NCBI GenBank assembly: GCA_013239625.1
Contig: MU054187.1
Span: 13,920,974-13,982,973, forward strand
From: Lama guanicoe
Lineage: Eukaryota
Direction: 5' to 3'
Length of the DNA: 62,000 nucleotides
Part shown: in pieces, positions 51,588 through 62,000 of the stretch
Layout of the letters: the number at the start of each line of letters is the position of its first letter
Numbering within the stretch: position 1 is the stretch's first letter
Program-made: the position numbers and the translations under genes
The notes under the pieces: generated by a model
What the model saw: the letters and a program-made list of their open reading frames with translations, nothing else
Databases searched by the model: none
What the model was told of the DNA's origin: nothing

Positions 51588-53051
51588 AAAAATAGCGCTA
51601 TGCTAATTTTATAAAAAGAAGAGTACTTTTGCAAGAAAAAAAAATGCTTAGATGAGGGAGTAACTTTAACTCTTTACTTCATGATATGCCATTAGCCTTT
51701 TTCTTTACTGAAATTGTTAAGTTATTTTCCGTAACTGCATTTTTAAAGTGTTAAGGCACAGAAACCGAGGAGGAATATTCCCACTTTGCAGCACAAATTT
51801 GCTTTCTCTCCAGAGTTTAGCACTGTGGTCATAGTCCTTTAGTAAAATGATGCTTCTCAAGAAAAGACGTGGAAGCAAAGTGGGCAATATATGAGGTTTC
51901 AAGATAGTTGTCACTATATTGCCATGAGTCTCCCCCTCTGGAATCTACTCTGATTACCAGTGGCCTTGCAAAGTGACTGCAGAATGGGACCTCCTGGGGA
52001 TCTGGCTTTTGTTGTAGCTTCTGCTCCTCCTGAGTGCATATTGTCTTACAGTGGTCTGAGCTGCTCCTCTCCCTGGAAACTTTCCCTGAATAAACGCAAC
52101 TCACCAAGGGAAATAATGGTCTCTGTTTTCTGCACCCTTTGTCTCGTGTAAATTACTCTTGGCTTCAAGAACGGGGCTTTTAATCTTGTTTTCCTCCATC
52201 ACCAATATATACAGGATTACACGAATGCTAAATGATTGCTCCTGCAATAAAAACGTCCTCGTAGATGGTCCCTGAAACCTTTGGTTTTTCACAATAATGC
52301 CTCCAATTTTTAAAGCATGAGTCTCCTAAAGAAAAAAATATCTCAGCATGAATCCAGGACACAAAAGTGTTTGGTCTCAGCAGGTCCCTGTAAGGGAGAT
52401 AGACGGTAGAGTGGTTTGTTGTGGTTACTGCCATCTTATAGAAGGGGAGGCACCAAAAGGGGCTAATCTGAGATTCCTCAGGGGAGAGCAAGTAGTTGAA
52501 AATTTTGCTGTGGGATATTATCAAACATTGCTGTTTTCTTATCAGTTTTCAGTGCTTTGATTACTGTTTTAAACAACAGATTTAGTGAGGTATAATTCAC
52601 ATTCCATACAATTTGTCCACTGAAAATGTACATTTCAGTGTTTTCTAGTATATTCCCGGAGTTGTACATTCGTCATCACAATCAATTTTAAAACATTTTC
52701 ATTACCTGCAAAAGAAACTCTGCATCCCTTAGCCACCACCTTTCAATCTCTCCACCTCCCTTGCTGGCCCCAGGCAACCACTAATCTACTTTCTGTCTCT
52801 AGAGATTTGCTTATTCTGGGCATTTCATATAAATGAAATCATACAATATAGAGTCTTTTGTGACTGGCTTTTTTCACATAGCATAGTGATTTCAAGATTC
52901 AATCATAATATAGTATATATCAGTATTTTATTTCTTTTATTGCCAAATAATATTTCATTGTGTGGATCTACTACATTTTATTTACGTATTCATCAGCTAA
53001 TGAGCATTTGAGTTATTTCCACCATTTGGTTATTAAGAATAATGCTGTGAT

Positions 53052-53179
53052 CCAGCAGAAAAAAATGTGACAATGAATATATGTATGTTCATGTACAACT
53101 GAAAAATTGTGCTCTACACTGGAATTTGACACAACATTGTAAAATGACTATAACTCAAAAAATGTTAAAAAAAAAAAAG
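53052..53179 (+). mobile_element. Young L1 3' end nested in the older L1
   Basis: Perfect 17-bp TSD AAGAATAATGCTGTGAT at 53035-53051 and 53180-53196; polyA tail. Confidence 0.95.
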
Positions 53180-53234
53180 AAGAATAATGCTGTGATGAGC
53201 ATTTATGTACAAGTCTTTATGTTCATATATTTTC

Positions 53235-53654
53235 TTTTTTTACTGTTTTTTTTTATTGAGTTATAATCATTTTACAATGTTGTGTCAAATTCCAGTGTAG
53301 AGCACAATTTTTCAGTTATACATGAACATACATATATTCATTGTCACATTTTTTTCTCTGTGAGCTACCATAAGATCTTGTGTATATTTCCCTGTGCTAT
53401 ACAGTATAATCTTGTTTATCTATTCTACATTTTGAAATCCCAGTCTGACCATTCCCACCTCCTGCCCCCTTGGCAACCACAAGTTTGTGTTCTATGTCTA
53501 TGAGTCTGTTTCTGTTCTGTATTTATGTTTTGTTTTGTTTTGTTTTAGATTCCACATATGAGTGATTTCATATGGTATTTTTCTTTCTCTTTCTGGCTTA
53601 CTTCACTTAGAATGACATTCTCCAGGAGCATCCATGTTGCTGCAAATGGCGTTA
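53235..53654 (-). mobile_element. Young L1 3' end (~420 bp) nested in the older L1
   Basis: 17-bp TSD TATGTT(C/G)ATATATTTTC at 53218-53234 and 53655-53671; same subfamily as 51409 and 53052. Confidence 0.95.
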
Positions 53655-54559
53655 TATGTTGATATATTTTCATTTCTCTTGAGTATATACCCAGAAGTGC
53701 AATTGCTCCGTCATGTGATAACTCCATGTTTAACCTTTTAGGGAACTGTCAGACTGTTTTCCAATAAGGCTGCACCATTCTACATTTCCATTAGCAGTAT
53801 GTGAGGACTCTAATTTCTCTGTGTCCTCACCAATACTTGTTATTATCTGTCTCCTTGGTTCTAGCCATCCTAGTGGGTGGGAAGTGATATCTCACTGTGG
53901 TTTTGATTTGCATTTCCCTGATAGCTAATGAGGCTGAGCATTCTTCATGTGCTTATTAGCCGTCTGTCTTGATGTTCTTTTTACATCTGCTTCTCTGCTG
54001 GGTTCTAAAAGCAACACCACTCAAATGACAAGTAATGGCTGGAGTCCTTTAAATAAAGGGTTGGCCGTTTCTACTTGTATCTATAAAACTGCCTTTCCGT
54101 TTGCCTGGAGAAGCAATATCCCATAGCAAGCAGGCCTTTCACTGGTGTCTGAGGAAATATATTTTAAAAGAAGACATCATTCTTACTCTTAAGGTATTAA
54201 GGAAATGAAAAGGCAAAGTCCATTCCCTCGCCCTCTTCTTAATCCATCCTTAAATAGCCACAAGAACAGATGAGCATCTCCTTGGCTATTTCTCCAACAC
54301 ATGATGTATCTTTTTGAAGAATGAACCAATATGCCTCTTAAAGGAAAGATTTCCCATCTACCTGGCCAATGGTCGAGTTCACACCAGCAAGACAATTAAT
54401 TCACTTTTGCCCAAATCCAAATAGCTTAAATAATTGATGGGAAAGTATTTGAAGTTAGGGTTTGAAAATTACCAAAAAAAAATTTTTTTTTTATCTAGCT
54501 CATTAAATTTGAATTTTGATCTGTAGTTTGTGAAATCAGAAGGTTCCACATTTTGTAAG

Positions 54560-54730
54560 TGTTAGAAAGCTGGAAGGGACCTCATCTCCTCATTTCACAA
54601 ATGGGGAAAGGCAGGCTCAGGACACTGAGGGACTAACTCAGATCCATACATGACACTGGGCGAAGTGGGACCAGGATACATGTGTCAGGTCCCGCTGTTT
54701 AATATATTTTCCGTAACACCAGGCTGTCTC
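54560..54730 (-). mobile_element. MIR
   Basis: GCTGGAAGGGACCTC...CATTTCACAAATGGGGAAAGGCAGGCTCAG. Confidence 0.7.
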
Positions 54731-54969
54731 TCTATCTAGACCCATCTAGTTCTGTCAGTCACTTTAAATGCGTATCAGGGGGAAAACGTTAAGGACCTGG
54801 TTTTGTGGAGATGAACTAAGAATCAAGTGTCCTAGAAGAGAGGAGCCTTTTCCTGAATAACTCAGACTGAGGAAATTGACTGGACTGAGTGCCTTCACTT
54901 GTACGGAGCTACCCCTCAGCTGGTGGTTTTCAAACTGTAGGTCTCGACCCAAACAGGAGTCATGAAATC

Positions 54970-55058
54970 TGTGTGTGTGTGTGTGTTTTTAATGGAGGTA
55001 CTGGAGATTGAACCCAGGACCTCGTCATGTGCTCTACCACTGAGCTATCCCCTCCCCC
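54970..55058 (-). mobile_element. Vic-type tRNA-derived SINE with deleted anticodon loop and (CA)8 tail
   Basis: Reverse complement GGGGGAGGGGATAGCTCAGTGGTAGAGCACATGACGAGGTCCTGGGTTCAATCTCCAGTACCTCCATTAAAAA(CA)8. Confidence 0.9.
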
Positions 55059-55490
55059 ACTAGGACATCTTCTTTTTGGTGGTACTTTGTTGGGAACTGA
55101 CAATTCCAGAATTTCTCTCCATGTGGTTTTGGAGGGGGAAATTTGCTTGGAGGATGGGACCCTGGGGAATGCTTCTTGAAGCTGAGCACAGAAAGAACAC
55201 TGTTTTAAACCTGCTTTTATGTTTATTTGGGGAGGCTTTGCAAGGAGGCTGATGGGGACAGGGGTCACGCATTTGTTGATGTCCAAGGTCTAGAATATGC
55301 GGTGTTCCTGCAGAACAGGTTGGGGAGGAGGACCAGGAAATGGGAGTGAACAACAATGAGAAGTCCCTGGCATCCTAGGTTAACCTGTAAGTATGAAAGA
55401 GACACAAGAGGAAATGAAGTCCAGAGACAAATGCCCCCTCTTCAAAACCAAACCTGGAGGCAAAGCCCACGGGGGGGGGGGGGCAGGGGG

Positions 55491-55558
55491 NNNNNNNNNN
55501 NNNNNNNNNNNNNNNNNNNNNNNNNNNNNNNNNNNNNNNNNNNNNNNNNNNNNNNNNN
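55491..55558. other. Assembly gap (68 N) after a G-run
   Basis: N characters, preceded by GGGGGGGGGGGGCAGGGGG. Confidence 1.
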
Positions 55559-58095
55559 CGGAATGAAATCCATGTTTTTCTTAAAAAAAAAAAACTCTAA
55601 TGCAAAAATTTAGGGACAAAAACAAAAATCTGCTTGTGCAGGGTATCTGAGACTGTATTGCGCCCACTGAGCAAATGCAGAGCTCTGCTTTCTTACACAT
55701 GCATAATTCTGCCACCAAAGAGAGTTGTCCCTGGAGCCATGTGGCCAGCAGCCTACAGGCTGTAATTCTACAAGCAGAGTTCAGATAAAATCTGCAAGTA
55801 GAATTCCTTGTTCGCTCTGGTGTCATTCTGGTGTCCGGGCCAACGCTCCCTTTCTGGAAGGAAAGAGGGGTGAAGTTGCTTAGGGAATCCCTTCTGTACC
55901 AAATCAGGGAAGCAGCTGCCTGTCCCTGCTGCCACCTTTATGAAAGGAATGCGCCAGAAAGCTTAGGAGGGCTCCACACTGGTTTTTTTTGACTGACTTA
56001 CTTCCGGCTATTACCTTTAAGTCTTTGCTCTGCCAGTCTTCTTTCTAGAAGTACCTTCCCTGCTTCATCCAGCAGTTACTGTCTATTATTTCCTTTTAAA
56101 CTTGGTGTGAAGTTTCTTTCTTCTCTGAGAAGTCTTCTGTGATTATAATGCTCCCTCCCTGCCCCCCACCGCGACCCCATGTCCTCGTGCTCTGAGTCCA
56201 CTCAGCACTGGGATAAAATTTGCATCACTATTTAAAGACACACATATACAACAGAAAACAAACAGTACTGCACGTGTTAGAGGATACTTGAAATTTTGTG
56301 ATCTTTAAGAACATTCTAGAGAGTCCTTTGGAACTGGTTCCCACCTAACCAAAAGATTATTCATTCTGTTTAGTATAAGTTTGTATCATCATATGTCTCC
56401 TATTTTGTAGGTTCGCGATGCTTACTGTTGCATGTATTAATTACTTGATCGTCTTTCACAGTATGTAGTTACTGCTTGTTTATTTGTATGGTTGGTGGTA
56501 GTAAGCTTTTTTTTTTTTTTGGTTTTGCTTTGTTTAATCATTCTCAGACAAGGCAACCAATGGGCCAATATAAGGATTTTTATGTATCCTAGTGTATAGT
56601 TATTACCATTAGCTTATCCACATTGTCTGAAATTACACCCAGGTTTTGTACTATGTGCATGCATGTGTATACTATATTATAAACTCTCCAGATCGAGGAC
56701 TGTGTCTTCCTATTTTTTTAGTAATGTGAAGGTACCTTACAAAAGGTGGAGCACACAGCAGCTGCTCAGAAATAAGTATGTTAATAAGCAAATTGTCTAG
56801 TTTAGAAAAATCCACATTCAACTCATCTCAAAAAGCTAGAAGGACACAGGAGGTTTTTTCTCTGTTTGTTCTCAGAACAGTATGATCTGTATCAAGCAGA
56901 GTGGACTTTTCTTCCTTTTTTACTTAAGTGTTTGTCTTGTCTGAACAAAAGCCATTTATAAATGGTGAGCCTCCCATACATTTGTTAACGTCCCCAGTGG
57001 AAACAAATCAAAGTGATCAAATTCATAAATTGTGATTTTTCTGTATATTTCTAACCTCAAAGCTGTTATGTCATTGTCATAATGCAATTTGGGTAAAAAT
57101 AAGAATGTGATCAGAGCCATGCAATTTAAATCCAAGAAATGCATTCTAGCTCCTCTTACTTGCAGGCTTTCAGTGGCAGTTACAGCACCACTCCCCATGG
57201 GCCTGGAGAGATAGAAGCTCACCAGAGGGGCCTGATAGCTCAGATGCACTGAGACTTGGCTTCTTAGAGCCAAGGGTGTCTTTGTGGAGCAGAATGTGGG
57301 TGGGGGCTCTGTCTGGTTTTGACAATGACCTTTCCTGTACCAGGACTGGACCAAATGCTCCCTAACAAAAGGAAATCTCAATTTGCTTGACCTGAAAAAC
57401 AATGTGAATCAAAGACTAATTCACAAAATCTCATTAATTATATTAAAATTAATGTTGTGCTTAAATAGTGTTAATTAAGATGACTTCCTAATGTCCCATG
57501 AATGCTCTGTAAAACGGAGAGTTTGTATTTTCTGTGGCCAAAGACTGTCCTTTTCAGAGTTGTTACCAAGTTAAAATGTTTGGTTGGGTTTTTTATTTCA
57601 TTGAGAAACGCTAGAAACTTGAAACTCAAAAAACTTGTAAAGTGGCCACCATTTTTAATTTCTTCAAGTCTAGAGATAACCCAAATTTAATTTTTTTACT
57701 TAATTAAACAAATCATTATCCAAGTATAAATAGAGATGTAAAGAGAAATGCAAGTCGTGAACTTGCCAGTGTGTTTGCCAGCTGTGGCCTTTAACTATAT
57801 GGTCAATTTCTTTCCTAATATATTTACACAAAACCCATAAAATTTCAATTGTTGTTAAATGTTTAAAACATGAAATTTTCCAAAATATTGACATTAAAGA
57901 AATTTTATGATTTTTAGTATCCGGTTTTTATTGAGCCTCTTTTCCTTTTCTAGTGCTAGGCTGTTGGATTTAACACTGAAGTTACAAAGGATGGCATTTC
58001 CACAGTTTTTCTCTTCTATAAGAAGGGGATTCTGTAATAGCTGGTACTCAGTAAATGAAAGCTGTTATTTTTATTATAGTTAATCAAATCACCAT

Positions 58096-58504
58096 TTTTA
58101 AATTGGGTTATAGTTGATTTACAATAGTATGTAAGTTTCAGGTATACAAAGTAGTGATTCACAATTTTCAAAGATTATACATAATTTACAGTTATTATAA
58201 AACATTGGCTATATTCCCTGTGCTGTGCAATATATCCTTGTAGCTTATTTATTTTCTGCATAGTAGTTTGTACCTGTTACCTCCCTCCCCGCTTTCCCCT
58301 CTCCACTAGTAACCACTAATTGTTCTCTGTATCTTTGAGTCTGTTTCTTTTTTGTTATAGTCACTAGTTGGTTTCGCTGTTTACGTCCCACATATAGGTG
58401 ATATCGTACAGTGTTTGTCTTTGTCTGACTTATTGCATGAAGCATAGTACCCTCCGAGTCCATCCCTGTTGTTGCAGATGGCAAAAGTTCATTCTTTTTC
58501 ATGG
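58096..58504 (-). mobile_element. 5'-truncated L1 (L1MA9-like) with TSD
   Basis: TTGGCTATATTCCCTGTGCTGTGCAATATATCCTTG...GTCCATCCCTGTTGTTGCAGATGGCA; TSD CAAATCACCAT at 58085-58095 and 58505-58515. Confidence 0.9.
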
Positions 58505-58609
58505 CAAATCACCATATTCTTGCTTGCTTTCTCTCCTGTTTGTGAGATTGTATTGGATTTCTACAGAATTACATTTTTACCTCTCAAACCCTAAGTCTCT
58601 CTAGATAAA

Positions 58610-58850
58610 CCCACAGATGAACCCTTATTACGTGCTATCAGCGGTTCTAGCTGCTTGACGTATAACTGTGGTGTCTTCAAAGTAACCTGTGAAGGTCAGT
58701 ATAGGCCTCACTTTACCTAAGAGAAAACAGAGGTTTAGAGATGAAGCCACCCACCCAGAGTCACAAAGATAATTAAAGGGGAAAGGCTGTCATACAAATC
58801 CCGATTTTTCTGATCCTAAATCTCATGTTTTTTGCACGCTTCCAAATAGT
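58610..58850 (-). mobile_element. MIR
   Basis: GTAACCTGTGAAGGT...GAGAAAACAGAGGTTTAGAGATGAAG...CCCAGAGTCACA. Confidence 0.75.
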
Positions 58851-58919
58851 CTTCCTTTTAATTACAATTGAATTTTAAGAAATACAGTTTTATTCTCAAA
58901 AAAAAAAATACAGTAACTT

Positions 58920-59700
58920 AAATTAAGCCAATTCAGTGTTGCCTAGCAGGGAAGATCTGATTTAATTAACAAATTCTAATGGTTTATGAGCAGCATGTCA
59001 TTTGTTTCTATGTAAACAGCACTCCTACAGGGCTTGTCAGTGCTGAAAACAATTTGTCCTTTAAGTATTTTAAGCGTTCCCTCTGCAATCTGGTTTGCAC
59101 TATTAATTTTACACTATTAAGAAAGTGTTTTACCAAGCAAAAATAAGCCAACCCAGCTTGGGCCTGTCAAAATGATGATAAATTCCAAAGTAGTGGAATT
59201 TTTATTAGGTCTTTGTGTGTTTTAATGGATTTCACTATTATTATCCAAAAATCCAAGTCACTTAATGCATCCAAAAAAAAAGTCCAAACTTTTGTGTCGG
59301 CTTCCCTATCAGCGTAGCGTCCTTTGAGCTGTCATCCCACCTGGGTATTAACCATCATGTCATCATTAGCGGTCAGTGTTCTTAGAGTTGGCATTTGTAC
59401 TTGGAGGACGTTTCGTTCACTGGAGGGGTAAAGATCCCCTGCCTGGGACTCCAGCCTCTGAGACAGTGACAGAGCCCACATGGCAGCCTGTCAGCTTGTG
59501 AAAGTGTGACTAACAGCGGTAAGTGTACAAAAAGCATAATATTGTTTTTTTCACACTCAATCCAGGTGGCCGGCCGAGTAAGGAAAAATCAGCATTTGCT
59601 AAAACTCAATTCCAGCCTGCCTCCCAGTTGCCTCAACTGAGCCTGATTCAGATCAATTGTAGGTCCTGTGCAGGAATGCGGGATGGTGGGTAAGATGATG
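58920..59700. promoter_or_regulatory. Candidate developmental enhancer / conserved non-coding element
   Basis: No repeat recognised; seven TGACA/TGTCA sites in about 500 bp plus TGATTTAAT, TTTATGA, GTAAACA and several TAAT cores; function is inferred only. Confidence 0.4.
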
Positions 59701-61319
59701 GAATCAGAACCTAAATAATACAGAAGTCACTAAATGGATTGGTTCTTTTCATCAGGTTGAAGAGTCCAGTGTCTAACCCCTGTCCACTCAGAGGACCAGT
59801 ATCTGCCCTTTCGTGCTCCTTATTAGGAAAAACATGCGCTAAGTAGATCTTTGAAAATGCGAAGTTAGTATTTTATCGTAAAGTCCATCTTTTATATCTT
59901 GAAAGTGGGTTATTTATTCTGAAAATGTATCTTCTCTTTCTCTCTCCTAGTTCATAAAAAACAGAAACAAAAACCAAAGCAAAAACCCTATGTGAGTTCG
60001 ATAGTAGACACCTTCTGCCTGCCTTAGAGGAGGTATAAATAATTTATGGAACTTGCATTAAGGTCAGCCAGAGTGTATATTACCTACCGTGTGCACATGT
60101 CAGGGGAGTGTGGGCTCCCAGCTAATGATCCAGGCTCGAGATAGGGAAGGTTTCTATTGCTTTCAGGGAATGCAGATGTGTCCCAACATGTGATTTACCA
60201 ATACAGATACGGAAAATAACTGAAAGACAGGAGATAACTGTAATAGGATTCTATATATAGCAGAACGTGGAGCCATTCCCAGCACTTTTCTTTTATTGCC
60301 CGGCTTGATTTCAACATCTGATCTTCCTTTAAGAGCGTTTGTAAAGGAATAGGCTGGGCTCCCTCAGGGCAGTCCTGCTTAATTAAGTCTCTCGGAAGGG
60401 ATTCTGTTTGGTTGAAGAAAATGGGTGTGAGAAGGAATCAGGACCAGCGTTTAATACTTTTGAAATATGTTTGTCCTGCTGACACTTCAAATCAAAATGT
60501 CTGGTACTGAATCATCATCTCCCGAACCTCCTGCCTGGCTGAGTTTGCCTGCCACATGGCTCACCGTTGCCTTCTCTCCTCCACCAGTGCCCACTCCTCT
60601 GGCAAAGGCCTTCAGAGTCTCTTCTCAGAATGATGACCGCTGGCCCTTGGCTGACCTCTGAGGACCACTTACTGCATGTTGCTGTTGGCAGAGCCATAAA
60701 ACTATCTCAGCTTTTTCACCTCCACTCAGAGCTGGGTGAGGGCCCCTCACCACTCCCATCCTCATTCTCCATCTCTGCAGACAACAGTTACCCACTGCCT
60801 GACACCCAAAGGCTAGGGACACTCCCTCCCTTAGCCATGCACCAGGTGCCCCTCTGCTAGCTATGGGGAACTCTATCCAAGGTGTCCAGTTCTCAGGCCT
60901 GTGCCCCAGCTTCCTTCCTGCTCTGCCTGGTTCTTCTCAAGCCTCTTTCAGAGAGCCTGGAATGCTCCCTTGAATTTCAAGGGCATATTTTCTTGCATAG
61001 TTTTTGTGCGAAAATATATGTTGAGTGCCTATAGCATAGTACTTACCACTCACTAAATTAATAATTTAGTATAATAATAATTAATAACTTAAAACTAATC
61101 AGCACTAATGATCGTGATGATTATTATGATTATCATGACTGAATCACTTAGAATAGTCCTTGGCTGTAAATAACAATTGCTTAATAAATGTTAGTCTTCT
61201 CCCCTCTTTAAGTTGCTTACATTATTTACATTTTTTATAAGCAACTCCCAAAATTATAAAAGGCTTTCCTTCTTAAAGCTTTTGACTTTCAGAGTTCACA
61301 ACACTCTAAACTCTTTCAT

Positions 61320-61640
61320 GCATTTGTGTGGAATATTGTCTTTCCGCTCTTCGGTTCACCGCCTCTGATTCATCCTTCTCGTCTCCTCTGAAATGTCACC
61401 TCCTCGGCAAAGCAGTCCCTGACCTCCCTAAGTAACCCCCTTCCCCCTCCTGTCCTGACTTCACTTTGTCCCTTTTCTTGATGGTGCTCAGCACTGCTTG
61501 TGATCATCTGTTGTCTGCAATGCTTTGTGTGTTACCGTCTTCCTCTCACTGTGTGTACCATCATGTCCACCAAGGCAGGTGGTGATGCTCCTGACACAAG
61601 ACCTGCCCCATTGTGGTCGCTCAATAAATATTTGTTCAAC
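61320..61640 (+). mobile_element. L2 3' end
   Basis: AAATGTCACCTCCTCGGCAAAGCAGTCCCTGACC...GCTCAATAAATATTTGTTCAA. Confidence 0.85.
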
Positions 61641-62000
61641 TAATTATCAGTTTCAACCAGAATTAAATATGCAGAATTAACACTTACATTCAGACAGTGA
61701 AAATAAGGACTGCCAAGAGTGGTTGGTAATGGAAAAAGCCAACAAAGAAGTCTGTGTATGCTGAGCATTATGACTTTAAAAAAAAAAGCGGCAATTCTCA
61801 TTGTGACACTTGTACCGTGTTGCTCCTGGGACACACTCCCATCACTCTTCCCATACATGGCTTGACAAGCCATCAATCATTCCTAGGTCCAGTTACAACC
61901 GAGAGCATTCTACTGGAAAACAGATATGTCATCCGACCCAAGCACTGAGGGGCTCCATGTTCAGTAGAGGCTCCTGTAAGAAAACTCAGGGGAGCAAAGC

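Larger units (their letters stand above)
52568..53965 (-). mobile_element. Older L1 (L1MB-like) 3' region hosting two younger L1 insertions
   Basis: CCCCAGGCAACCACTAATCTACTTTCTGTCTCT...; resumes at 53197-53234 and 53672-53965 (GTATATACCCAGAAGTG...GATTTGCATTTCCCTGAT). Confidence 0.9.

Noticed and set aside
53052..53654. Single L1 with a twin-priming inversion
   Set aside because: Both pieces are 3' ends with their own tails and separate TSDs, and host L1 sequence lies between them
56956..57402. 148-aa minus ORF, the longest in the window
   Set aside because: Non-ATG start, no recognisable domain, no supporting splice structure
60840..60865. CTCF-like motif (CTAGCAGAGGGGCAC on the minus strand)
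   Set aside because: Spacing deviates from the consensus; cannot be supported without a PWM scan or ChIP data

Overview
Mammalian, AT-rich, non-coding DNA (intronic or intergenic). It is almost certainly camelid, inferred from three tRNA-Ala-derived Vic-1-type SINEs, young cetartiodactyl-style L1 3' ends and no recognisable Alu, B1, Bov-A or PRE-1. I cannot support any protein-coding gene, RNA gene, CpG island or CRISPR array; the supplied ORFs are short and mostly fall in repeats. The window is a dense fossil record of ancient L2, MIR, L3/CR1, old L1, hAT-Charlie (MER5A, MER33) and LTR fragments. Younger L1 and SINE insertions overlay it, several with readable target-site duplications (TSDs). 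There is one 68-N assembly gap. The most notable structures are (1) two near-identical young L1 3' ends inserted tail-to-tail inside an older L1, forming a ~100-bp-arm inverted repeat (53.05-53.36 kb); (2) repeat-free, TALE/HOX/FOX-motif-rich segments that look like developmental enhancers (23.9-24.3 and 58.9-59.7 kb); (3) TSD-less SINE and L1 insertions suggesting insertion-linked deletions; and (4) a speculative minus-strand spliced ORF. I found no convincing novel biological system. Repeat family names come from recalled consensus similarity, not a database search, and most repeat boundaries are approximate.
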